From positions 58,590,001-58,654,000 of the forward strand of contig OZ024744.1 of NCBI GenBank assembly GCA_964016885.1: a stretch of 64,000 nt of DNA, read 5' to 3'. How positions within the stretch are numbered: position 1 is the stretch's first letter; each line of letters begins with the position of its first letter. The translations under genes were made by a program, and so were the position numbers. The stretch comes from Eledone cirrhosa. Taxonomy: Eukaryota. The notes beneath the pieces were generated by a model. That model was not told where the DNA came from and searched no databases. It saw only the letters and a list, made by a program, of their open reading frames with translations. Positions 38,379 to 50,040 of this stretch are shown here, piece after piece.

Positions 38379-39080
38379 TAGTTATATACTATATTTAGGT
38401 GATGGAGATTTTTAATGAGAAACATAATCGATATATATTTCATATGAATCGATTAAACGTAAATATAACTACTCCATATTTTTTTTAATTTAAGTTCTTA
38501 ATGGGACCTGTTCGGAGCTATCTTTAGCACTTCTTACGGCCTGTTCTGTAATATCTGCTCACCTGTTAAACGTTATTTTAACACCACGTGGAGAACATTT
38601 CAAATTTCTTTCCTATGCAGGTTACTAGTAATTTGTGTTGTGTGAGATATATATAGAAAAACCTGACCTTAATATGATTATTACCAAAATCGATAATTGG
38701 TGATTGATACTAATTACTAAAATTGATTGTGTCTTTTCTGTGGGTTTTATAAAACAGATTTAGACCTGTACCATCTTGAAGTAAGTATATTTACTTACAT
38801 ATTAATTGTTCTGTAAATATATACAAAATACTAACAGTTTTTGAATTATATATACTGTATATCTTGTTTTGTATCATTTAAACTTGGTGTTTAAAGATGG
38901 TTTGAAGATGGTTTAAAGATGGTTTGAACTAATGTTCATGGAGCTTTTTTTATTGAGAAACATAATCGATGTATATTTTATATGTATCGATTAAACTTAA
39001 ATATCGTATATATATGTGTGTGGTTGTTGAAACGGCAAGAACGCAGCCATCGACTCTTTATAATGTATATATATATATAA

Positions 39081-39410
39081 ATCACAGAAAAAAGAGAATC
39101 AGTGTTGCGACGAAAGGAATTTATTTGACATATTACAAATGTTTCTCGGACGACCAGCTCGAAGCTCGATCGATGTGGTGACCAAACCTGACTCTGATTT
39201 CAGAGTCAGATTTCAGAGTCAGGTTTGATCAGCACATCAATCGTGCCTCGAGCTGGTCGTCCGAGAAACAATTGTAATATGTCCAATAGATTCCTTTCGT
39301 CACAACACTGATTCCCTATTTTCTGTGATATCATACTCTGTTCTACGAGGGCATCGAGTGCTCATACGGCCTACCGCATACGGACGCTTTAAGCATCCAA
39401 CACCAATTAT
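39081..39410. repeat. Imperfect palindrome (~115 bp arms) with one-sided tail, within (TA)n
   Basis: atcacagaaaa..gaatcagtgttgcgacgaaaggaat... / ...attcctttcgtcacaacactgattc..ttttctgtgat. Confidence 0.85.
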
Positions 39411-39429
39411 ATATATATTGCTTTTACTT

Positions 39430-39578
39430 TCTATCGGTCGCAACTCCAGGTAGAAGGAACAAACATGAAATAAAGTATCTTGCTAAAGGACATAACGCAT
39501 CGCCCGGTCCAGGAATCGAACTTACAACCTCACGATTGTGAATCCTATTCTCTTACCACTCAGCCACGCACCTTCACA
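39430..39578 (-). mobile_element. tRNA-derived SINE 5' half
   Basis: Near-identical to 11400-11547. Confidence 0.75.
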
Positions 39579-39579
39579 T

Positions 39580-39696
<117 letters not shown>

Positions 39697-40036
39697 TGTA
39701 TATATATATATGTATATATGTATATATGTATATATGTATATATGTATATATGTATATATATGTATATATGTATATGTGTGTATATATATTCGAGCAATCT
39801 TTGAAGTGTAGGGACTGCTGGAAAGCTTCCATTACTCATACTCCTCGCCTCCTTCACCACCTCTTCTACGGCTTCGATATAAATACCCCCTCCGCCTCCG
39901 TGGTATTTTCTTCGGGGTTATAAGAGGCTTAGCTCTGTTTCTCGACCGTTATATCGCGTGACTATCTCCCCCTCCGCCTTTTGGGATTCTTTCTCACGTC
40001 GTGTAGACGCGTTCTTGAGACTAGTAAAATGAGGTA

Positions 40037-40126
40037 TCCTCTTGATAAGTCGGCAGACCTCGCAAGGACTCTATATCTTTATGATGTATTGTTTTTGTTT
40101 ATGCCACGAAACTACGTAGTCGAGGA
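40037..40126 (+). ncRNA. Hammerhead ribozyme motif with mutated core
   Basis: tcctc-TTGATAA-gtcggca..long loop..tgccac-GAA-ACTACGTAGT-C-gagga. Confidence 0.55.
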
Positions 40127-40242
40127 ATTTAGAAGCAGTTTAGGTATGATACATTTTATTACTAATTATATCTAAATGTTTCTTCTCTCTTCATAATGTA
40201 TATATATATATATATGTGTGTGTATATATATATATATGTATA

Positions 40243-40285
<43 letters not shown>

Positions 40286-40293
<8 letters not shown>

Positions 40294-40534
40294 AATTAAT
40301 ATCTAGTAACATATATATACATACAGATGCATACATACAGATGCATATCAATGCTACCAAATATATAGGTTTTGTCTTAGTAACTTTGTGGTTCAATGCA
40401 TGGGGTTGCAGAACAATATTGTTCTGCAACCCCATGCATTGAACCACAAAGTTACTAAGACAAAACCTATATATTTGCTAGCATTGATATGCATCTGTAT
40501 GTATATATATGTTACTAGATATTAATTCTTTATA
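40286..40534. repeat. Near-perfect palindrome centred on ~40416
   Basis: ...ggggttgcagaacaat|attgttctgcaacccc... The arms extend to tataaagaattaatatctagtaac / gttactagatattaattctttata. Confidence 0.9.
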
Positions 40535-40796
40535 ATTATCTCCAAATTATTTGTCGAGCAATATTGGCCATGACTGCTGCTATGGTAGCAGGCCGCTGTC
40601 TTATTAACAAACCACTTTCCACTGATTGACCTCGATGTCACGTGATTGATTCTTTTTGAATTTGCCACCGACGCAGAGGCAGTGATTTTCTCAATGGCTA
40701 GGAATTCAGTCCACGCTTTGCTATTTCCTATCCACTGAATTATTTTTTAATAAGTTTCCAGTGTCCACGCTTTGCCTGGATACTTTGATGAGAATA

Positions 40797-40879
40797 GACC
40801 TCCCTGACGACGGAATGCTTCTCTGTATCTTCTTCGGAAAATATATTTATTCCATTCCAGAAACTAATTAGTTGGAAGT
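40797..40879 (+). ncRNA. Type I hammerhead ribozyme motif
   Basis: acctcc-CTGACGA(40804)-c-ggaatg..cattcc-a-GAA-ACTAATTAGT-T-ggaagt. Confidence 0.6.
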
Positions 40880-40924
40880 GATATTTTAGTAAGTAAGTTA
40901 ATTTTATAATTTTCTTATTTTACG

Positions 40925-40979
<55 letters not shown>

Positions 40980-41093
40980 TTGTAATAAAATGAAAACGAA
41001 ATTTCATTTCTCACTCTTAGTACGGCACTTACTTAAATGTAAGTATGTATGTATACGTACATACATATATGTATACAGACGTACAGTAGCATG

Positions 41094-41171
<78 letters not shown>

Positions 41172-41205
41172 TGCTACTGTACGTCTGTATACGTATACAT
41201 ACATA

Positions 41206-41235
<30 letters not shown>

Positions 41236-41241
<6 letters not shown>

Positions 41242-41975
41242 GTATACGTAGCCGATCTCTTAAAGCTTTGAGAAGATAAAATGAATATAAAGAATGAAGT
41301 GCTTATGCTCGGAAGTGATATAAAATGGCTTATAAAGAAGGCTGAAGATTCTTAAAAGACGGAAAAGGAAGTTGCCATTAGCCACTATAAGGAATCAAAA
41401 TCCATATTTGCTAGATATCGTCTAGCTGCTTCAACCATTAAGCCAAGGGACAGTGACATATTTTACTGTCTTAAATTATATAGCTGTCTTGTCGGGAGAT
41501 ATGGGGTTCGATTCCTCATAATCGCAGATGGCAACTTCTTTTTCTGTCTTTAAAGGGGTCTTCACCCTATTTTATAAGCTATTTTATAGCATCTCTTGGC
41601 ATGAGAACATCATTCTTTATATTAACTTTATCTTCTCAGCGTTTTATAAAAGTCTGAGAGATCGGCTACATATACACAATATAGGACAAGTATAGGAAGT
41701 ATTGAGCCTCCAGGAGTCGTTGGGCTCCACCATACTACAAATTTTGGCAGAAACTGTAACAATTTATTGGTCTTCATATAACTTCCTTTTTACATACAGT
41801 GTCTGTAATTCAGCTATATAATTTAAGACGGTAAAACTTTTCACGGCCTCTTGATTAATGGTTAAAATGCCTAGCCAGTATCTGGGAGGTATGGGTTTCA
41901 ATTCCGCATAGAGACCAATGGTAACGTTTTTCTGTCTTTTAAGGGTCTTCACCTGATTTTATAAGCTATTTTATT
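41236..41975. repeat. Three diverged copies (one inverted, two direct) of a repeat with an internal tRNA-like module
   Basis: Minus 41236-41486, plus 41487-41682, plus 41811-41975. A-box tggcttaatggtt and B-box ggttcgattcc. Confidence 0.6.
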
Positions 41976-42042
41976 CTTTGATTTAAATATATGTATTCGT
42001 GAGTGGGATACCAATAATATTATAATGATATTATTAATATTC

Positions 42043-42165
42043 GGTCTGAGTTCAAATCCCGCCGAGGTTAACTTTGCCTTTTATCCTTACGGGGTCGATA
42101 AAATAAAGTACCAGTAATGCACTGGGATAATTGCTGGCCTTGTGCCAAAAGTAGAAACAATTATT
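42043..42165 (+). mobile_element. tRNA-derived SINE 3' part
   Basis: Same core as 16752-16935. Confidence 0.8.
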
Positions 42166-42263
42166 AATATTCGATTCGTTTGCAAGCAAACAGCCTCATA
42201 ACACCATGCGTGTTTTCTAGACGACTGACGTCATCCTTTTGCTCCAGCGGTAGCAGAGAGAAA

Positions 42264-42308
42264 ATAGTCTACAATTGTTTCGGAGTTATTGCTCCTTATC
42301 AAAACTAT
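42264..42308 (-). ncRNA. Hammerhead motif with mutated core inside a ~35 bp inverted repeat
   Basis: Minus strand: atagtt-TTGATAA-ggag-caataa-ctcc-GAA-ACAATTGT-A-gactat. Flanking inverted repeat 42207-42241 / 42314-42348. Confidence 0.55.
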
Positions 42309-43599
42309 GTATTCAAAAGAATGATGTCAGTCATCTAGAAAACACACATAGTGAAGGCAGAACAGAATACTGAAAGTAGAGTTGGATAGGATCTTTATCC
42401 AGTCTTAAAGACAGAAAAATCTGCTGTGTAAGTTTCATAATCAAGCGGTGATTTGAACTTTCATAGTTTAGAAATTTGCATACCATCAATTCATCAGATG
42501 AAACCAAAATGGCTATTCACGAGAAAGAGCAAGAAAAACCGAGAATATAAAGAAAAGGTGATAATTCTCTTTCTGTTATTCTAATTATGCCCTTGTGTAT
42601 TTCCAATATTAAAATATAAAAGGATTAGAAATGTGTTATTTGTTTGACAGATGTAGTCTGTAGGTGTTTTGAAAATAATCAAAAACTAGAGGGATTTCGT
42701 AATATAACTAATCTTCTCATTTTGAAATTGGTCTTTGGCGCAAAACAGACAGTTTTATATTGGAGAACCAGACGGTTTCAGTCGGTTTGGTATCAAACGG
42801 GTTAAAGTAACATTAATTTATATAAAACATAAATGAATGCATGTGTTAGACGTGTATGAAAATCTGAGTGTACTTGAGTTGATGAATTGTGGTGGTCAGT
42901 TTTTTTTTTGGGGGGGGGGGGGCATATGATTAATAGTGATACCTTCCTGGCGTAATGATATGTTTAAACGTGTTGTCTATGTAATATGATATGTATTTAA
43001 AAAAATGTCTGCTATTAATGTAAATTGTATGAAGGTTTAAAAGGGTTTCGAAAGTGTTAAAAAGTGCCAATGTCTGATATCTGATAACTAGTGTAATATG
43101 AGTGTTCAGCTAGACTGGATGGTATCGAGTACTTGCAAGGTTAATAGAATTTTTCATTGTGTGTGCACATTAAGGAAATCATCCCTGGTCTTTTAGCAGT
43201 TGCCAGAGTTATTTTTTAACATATCAAACATGTGCATATTTTCTGTCATAAATAGTTGACATTTCGTAACCTCATCGGAATATAGTTTGCATCTTTCTAG
43301 AATTTTCCCCCGATGCACTAAACCACGTTGAGCTCTTTTAGTTTCCAAATATGACTGGTCAATATCATGTAAGCCCGCTTGTGAATGTCTCCTAAGAACA
43401 TATTATGATTATAAATCCTCTGCTTGAATTTGCCCTCTATGTCTATAAATTGCTTCTTCTTAAGCGGTTAGTGTGATATGTCTGAGATGACATACAATAC
43501 GCCGAGTCCACGTTTTATGTTTGCTTATTTATTCATTTACTACCGTTACTATTAATAGGGTTGTAGGTTATCGAATTCATTAGAGCACCAAAATGCCTT

Positions 43600-43782
43600 G
43601 CTGTATTTAATTTCGATCCTTAAGTTCTCAAAACAAATCTCGCTGGTGTCAACTATCTCTTATGAAATAGATAAAATAAAGTACCAGTCAAGTACTATGG
43701 TCGATTTAATCGACTATAGTACTCCTCTCAAATGTGAAAGCTTGTGTCTATGTTCGAATATATTATTATTATTATTATTATT
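43600..43782 (+). mobile_element. Degenerate SINE whose (ATT)7 tail precedes the LINE cluster
   Basis: gataaaataaagtaccagtcaagtact..ggtcgatttaatcgact..cttgtgtcta, then (ATT)7 at 43762-43782. Confidence 0.6.
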
Positions 43783-43997
43783 GAATGCCATGGTTGACGG
43801 AGGCTCGGCTCTGTAAGGTATAGTAATTTTTAACCGTTAAAACAATTGTAAATTATTTAAAACTTGAACCAAATTGTTGATAAAGACACCCTCCTCCTCG
43901 TGAGAGGGGTCTTTCTGTCCGTTATTTGGCCCTTCGGGGTTAAATAATCAGTTATTGGGGTTTTGTACCCAAAATTTCATTTTAAACAAAAAACAAC

Positions 43998-46095
43998 ATG
44001 GCTACGAAAAAGAAATTTCATACGTCACTCCCACTCATTCCGTCTTCTTCTTCCTCAATCATCACTACAGCAGAGAGAAGATTGTCTCTCTCCCTCCCTT
44101 CTTTAAATGTGTCTCTCTCCCTCCCTTCTCTTTCGCAAGTGACGAAAGAAAAGAAAAGTCTCGTGCAAAGCGTGCAAGGTTTCTCCACGACGACGACGAC
44201 AGCGACGAAACAGGTGTGCGGGAAATACGAAAACCCAGTTCATTCGTCTGACGTCAGGAATAATAGCAGTAGCAGCCGTAATAACAACAGCAACAGTGAC
44301 AATGAAAACAACAGTAGCAGCCGCAACAGCATCACCAGCAGCATAAACAACAACAGCATTAGCAGCAGCAACACCAACAACAACCACAGCAACAGCGGCG
44401 GAGGCAGTAGTCGTAGTACCTGCAGCAACAACAAAAGTACCAGCAGCTCTGACGACAACAACAACAGCAGAGAAAAACCAATCTCATTTGCAGGTATTGC
44501 GAAAAACTTGGAAACAATCCTCATAACAAATGAGGAATTAGAGGAAGCGAAGAAGATGGTGACAAAGAACGGACACCGAGCAATCTGCAAGGCAGCGAAA
44601 AATGTTTTCGAAACCCAAGAGCACTGTACGGTCACGTACCGTACAGTAAGTAACAAAATCCCGTAGGGTGGAAAGAGCCACAGAGGCCCAAATACAAAAA
44701 GCCTTGGGGTCTGTGTGGCAGCGGAAAACGCACATCACCCGAGGCAAAAAATATGCCACCGTAGACGTACTTTTTGCCACACCCCAGGAGGCAAAGGCCC
44801 AATCAGTAGTTACCCTAAGGAGCGAGGAAATGGTGTTGGTGCCCTCCTACTGTGGGCAAAAAATTGTGAGGGTCAAACTGACCCACGTCCCCCCCGGAAT
44901 GACCCCTTCTTGGCTGGCCGCGTCTGTCCTCGTCGGAATCGAGGACAAAACAACTGTACTGCAAGTACAGAAAAAAGTAAGAGAAGATTGGGTCGGCTCC
45001 TCCATTGAGATGCTAATCCAAACCAACCAGGAGTGCATCGAAGCTATCCCGGATGTGATAGACTTCGATAACGGCACTCAACTGCCCGTAAGTGTTGAGG
45101 GCAAACGCCCGAAATGCTTTCGCTGTGGATCGAAGACTCACCTCAGGGCCTTCTGCAACGAGAAGACCCTGAGAAAGGAGAAAACCCCCCTCCTTCCGAA
45201 TCCGGCTCCACGGCTACCAGCAACAGGACAAGCGGCAACCAGGAACGATAGGCCCGTGGCACCCATACCCACTCCACGGAAATCAAAAACAGCAGCAGCA
45301 GTGGAAATACTAACAACAACAACAGCAATACCAAATGCAGCCGCAACAGAGACTCCAGTGCAAACATCACCAACAACAACAAGTGAAAGAGTGGAGTTGG
45401 TACCCCTCCCCGACCTCACAGAATCAGACATCGAGTGTGAGGTGGGAGAGAGATGGCAAAAGGTCGTAAGAAGGCACAAACGCAGAAGCAGCGCATCGTC
45501 GCCTTTGAAAAGGGAGGAAAGAAATGAGAAAAGGGTAAAGTCTACTGCAAAGAGACCCACAGCAGCAACAACACCAACACCATCACCACCCACACTAGCG
45601 CCACCATCACCACCGGCGACAACCCCACCGCCAACAACACCTTCAACACCACCACCACAAGCACCAACATCGCAAACACAACAACAAAACACACACACCC
45701 AGCAACAACGACAAGAAAATAGCAGAACCACACCCCACCCCCAGAAAAACAAATGCACGGCAATAAATACACACAACAAGAAACTAATGACTTACATAAT
45801 TGAACACACAGACATTTCACAACAGGACTACATAATACCAGCACCAATCAAAACGCCAACTAACATAAGACTGCTAAAAATAGCACAGAAACAATACACA
45901 AATATTAAAACGAAATTCCCCAACGCAGTTGGTGATTTCAGGGACCTAGGAGGAACCATCAATCGAAGAGTATACTCAGACATTCTCTTAGAAGAGCCGA
46001 CGACCAGCCGAAGGGACGATTCAACGGTCCCTTCACCAGACGATCAAGTGAAAAGGGATGTAAAAACCATCCCTCCTCTACGAAAAGTACGGTAA
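43998..46095 (+). pseudogene. ORF1 of Tx1-like copy A, frameshifted
   Basis: ORFs 43998-44666 and 44668-46095 together match ORF1 of copy B. Confidence 0.85.
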
Positions 46096-46130
46096 GTGGT
46101 CTTTCCCATCTTTTCCACTCTATTTTAAAC

Positions 46131-49100
46131 ATGACCTCACTCAGAATAGGCAGCATAAATGCGCGTGGCTTGGGGTCGTCATGGAAGCAAGGTCACCTGC
46201 TCAACGACCTCAGGTCACTAAACATAGATGTAGTGGCCATCAGCGAGACCAGAATCTCCGAAACACGGGCCTTCGCACCGATCTTCGGCGGCTACGATGT
46301 GTACGCATCTCCCAGCCGTCCTGGATCCGGTGGAGGAGTTGCTGTACTTTTTCGGAGAGGTTTGGATCTCGCCATACGGGCCATCTTCCTGGACCCAGAG
46401 GGTAAGCTGGTGGTGCTGGACGTGACCAGCGGAGACGGGCAAGCTTTCAGGCTAGTGGCCGTCTATGCCCCGACAGGAGCAGGGCGGCCTGATTTCTTCC
46501 GGCGTCTGGAGACCTTTCTTGGAACGTCGCGCTCTTTAGTGTTAGTGGGCGACTGGAACGGGATCTTAGATGCACGCTGGGACTGTGTGGGATTAGCGGA
46601 TAGGGGTGGAGGGTGCAAGAGCCTCACCAACCTGCTCAGGCGTTTTGAACTGTCTGACAGGTACCGATTGGATTTCCCGAATGTGCCAATGTGGACTTGG
46701 ACAAACCGCATAGGGTCATCCAGATCATATCTAGATAGAGTATTTTGTAGGGAAATAGATAGGTCTAGCATAGGCTGTCCACAATTCAAGATAGTCAGCT
46801 ACACGGACCACAAATTCGTGACCTGTGTGCTTGACTTAGATAGGCTTCATAGACGAGGACCCGGCTACTGGAAGCTAAACGCGTCCTTACCAGCGCGCAA
46901 GGCCTACAGAGACCGGATTAGCGAACTAGTTAAGCGGGCGTTGACGGGGGCCATCGTCAACAACAAGTGGTGGTTTGCTCTGAAAAGAGCGATTAGAATA
47001 GATCGATTAGGTTTAGTAAGGCTTTAGCAATAGAGAAAAATAGAGCAGAGGGAGAACTAGTTAGAAAATTAGACGAGGCGCTTAGCAAAGGCATTGCGAC
47101 CGACGTGCTTGCGGCGAAATTGGCCCTTGACCAATTCTTCAATGCAAAGCACGAAGGCTGCGTTGTCAGAGCTAGGGTGCGTGCTCTCAGACACGAGGGG
47201 ACGAAAGCCGTTCAATGGGCCCGAGTGGCGGAGGCGCGTCGTGGCAACAAAACCACGATCCGGTCTTTGGTGGACCACGACGGGCGCATGCTACTCGATC
47301 CCGGGCAAATGTGTGAAGCTTTTCAGCGACACTTCGCTCAGCTGTTCGGGGGCAGCGGGGGGCCGGGTAGAGGGATGGACTTTAGTGTCTACCTCGACGG
47401 ACTGCCGCGGCTCTCGGCCACTGAGGCGAAGTGTTGCGAAAAGCCGATAACAGCCGCTGAAGTACGGGAGGCAATGACTGGCTGCACAAGGGGTAAATCG
47501 CCTGGTTTGGATGGTCTGCCCTATGAACTTTACGTACAGATGCCAGACTTGTTCGGAGGCCTCTTGGCGGACGTCTACTGCAACTGGCAACAGAACGGGA
47601 GAATTCCCAGTTCTGTGAGCCGAGGAGCGGTGGCACTGCTGAGAAAGGATCCGAACAAGGGGGATAACATAGACAATTTCCGGCCCATAACTCTGCTAAA
47701 CACAGAGTTTAAGATTTTGGCCAAGGTGCTAGCAAAGAGGTTGGCGCTTGTCGTTGGTGGTCTGGTGGGAGAGGCGCAGACATGCGCCATTCCCGACAGA
47801 TCCATCCACGACAACCTCCACCTCATGCGATACATCGTAGAGAGGGTAGCTAGGGAACCTGGCACGGGTGGGTCCTTGATCAATTTAGATCAGTCGAAAG
47901 CTTTCGATAGGGTCGACCATCGTTACCTAGGCAGTCCTGAGGGCGGCTGGCTTTGGGCCCGTCTTCAGAGGCTGGATCGCTGCCATGCACAGCGACATCT
48001 GCTCTGTGGTGAGAGTGAACGGTCACCTGTCGGAACCGTTCAACATCATGCGCTCGGTCCGCCAAGGATGTCCCCTCTCGTCCCTCTTGTACGTATTGAC
48101 TCTCGAGCCATTACTGCACAAACTGGAGACGTTGAGGGGAGTCCCGCGCGAACTAGGATGCGGAAGATCCGTGTCAGCATATGCGGACGATGTCACCGTA
48201 GTGGTGTCGAACGCCAAACACATCGAGGCGATCGGCACTACACTAAGAGAATACGAAGCGGTGACAGGAGCAATGATCAACCAGGAAAAGTCAGTGGGCC
48301 TGCAGCTCGGCACCTGGAGAGGCAGGTCCATGCCGTCCAACAGCGTCGTCGGGCGCTGGACGGACGGACCGGTTAAATTGCTAGGGGTCTGGTTCGGTCC
48401 GGACCTCCAGACGGACAAAAACTGGGACGAGGTGACGAGCAGGGTGGCTTCTCTCACCCAGAAATGGGCGGAGAGGAAGCTATCCCTGAAAGGTCGAGCG
48501 GAGGTGGCTAACGCGTACATCGCGTCTGTCATCTGCTACCGCCTAACCGTCGTACCTTGTCCTAAGCCTCGCCTGACTGCGCTGGAGCGTTTGCTCTTTC
48601 GCTTTTTGTGGAAGGGGCGTGCTCCGATGGTCAGGCGGTCCATCTGTTGTCAACACCCGCTACGTGGTGGGCTGGGCATGCCGTGGCTGATGATGCGCAG
48701 GCACGCGCTCAGGCTACGACATCTCCACCTCTTCCTCGACGGTGATCAGGTGTGGTCGCCGTTTGCTAGACGCGTTTTTCCCCAGCTCGTTTCCTTGACG
48801 GAGCTGCAGTCCTGGGTCAAGCGAAGACCGAGAGGGTGCGCCTGGAGACTGGAATGTCTTCAGGCGCTCACAGCCCTCGACCAATCGGGCAATGTGATCG
48901 GTGGAAACTCCACCTCGGCGTTCTATAGAGGATTAGTGGAGGGGAAGAGCGACGACGTACTTGGGGAAACTCTAGGCGTCGACGAAAATCAACTAGCCAA
49001 TCTCTTCGGAAGAACTTTCGGGCCAGGGCCTATGGACAACTTCCAGAAATCTCTGGCCTGGCAGTGCTACCGAGGAGCCTTGCCAGTTCGGGATAAACTC

Positions 49101-49547
49101 TACAGGCATGGAGGTGCCGTCAGCCGGGCATGTCCGAGATGCGCGCAGGGCGACGAAACCGTCCTGCACGCACTCGTCCAGTGTCCGAAAATTGCTGACT
49201 TGTGGGTTTATGTCGAACACCTGCTGTCGCGTTTAGGACGGATCCAGCTATCATCTGAGTCTATCGTGAGGATTGCCCCGCCCTCCTCCTTTAGCCGGGA
49301 AGGGCAGGCAGTTTTTATCTGTCTGGTGGCCATGGCGAAAGAGATAGTATGGTGGACACGTTTGAAAGGGCTGAAGACGAGCACTTACCTCTTCGGTGAT
49401 GCTCTGATTGACTTTTTCAAATTTCATTTGAAAAGGAAAATCAGAGTAGAGAAGGAAGTGCTCTCTTCCCAGCATTTTGTTGAAAGATGGGTGAGAGAAG
49501 CAAGAATGGCCCGAGTGAATGGGCCGACTCTGAGTATATATCTGTAA
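46131..49547 (+). pseudogene. ORF2 (APE-RT) of Tx1-like copy A, two frameshifts
   Basis: ORFs 46131-47027, 47105-48376 and 47985-49547 tile ORF2 of copy B. Confidence 0.88.
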
Positions 49548-50040
49548 ACTAAAGGTGGAAAACTGGGAGAGGGCACTTGCCTTGGTGGTCAGGGTCATTG
49601 TGGCTTTTCACTGGGCTTTCTCCACAAATGTCCCTCCGAAGTCTCCCCCCTATTGGGGAATTTTTCATTGTTATTTTCATTGTTATTTTTGTTACATCCT
49701 CTGTTTTTGTTTTTTTACACGCAGAAATGCCCATTTGTACCGTCCTGCATTGTCCTGCACTGTCCTTAATGTCTACTTTATGTAAACCCTTGTGGTTAAT
49801 AAAGAAATCATTATTATTATTATTATTGAATGCCATGGTTGACGGAGGCTCGGCTCTGTAAGGTATAGTAATTTTTAACCCTTAAAACAATTGTAAATTG
49901 TTTAAAACTTGAACCAAATTGTTGATAAAGACACCCTCCTCCTCGTGAGAGGGGTCTTTCTGTCCGTTATTTGGCCCTTCGGGGTTAAATAATCAGTTAT
50001 TGGGGTTTTGTACCCAAAATTTCATTTTAAACAAAAAAAC

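Larger units (their letters stand above)
43783..49809 (+). mobile_element. Full-length Tx1/L1-clade LINE, copy A (three frameshifts)
   Basis: Nearly identical to copy B. Frameshifting indels at ~44653 (ORF1), ~47001 and ~47930 (ORF2). Flanked by (ATT)7 and (ATT)6. Confidence 0.95.

Noticed and set aside
41487-41530. tRNA gene suggested by GGTTCGATTCC
   Set aside because: No intact cloverleaf; part of a diverged repeat.
43880-43960. HDV-like ribozyme suggested by CCTCCTCGTG in the Tx1 5' UTR
   Set aside because: I could not build P1, P3 and J4/2. Simple hairpins explain the sequence.
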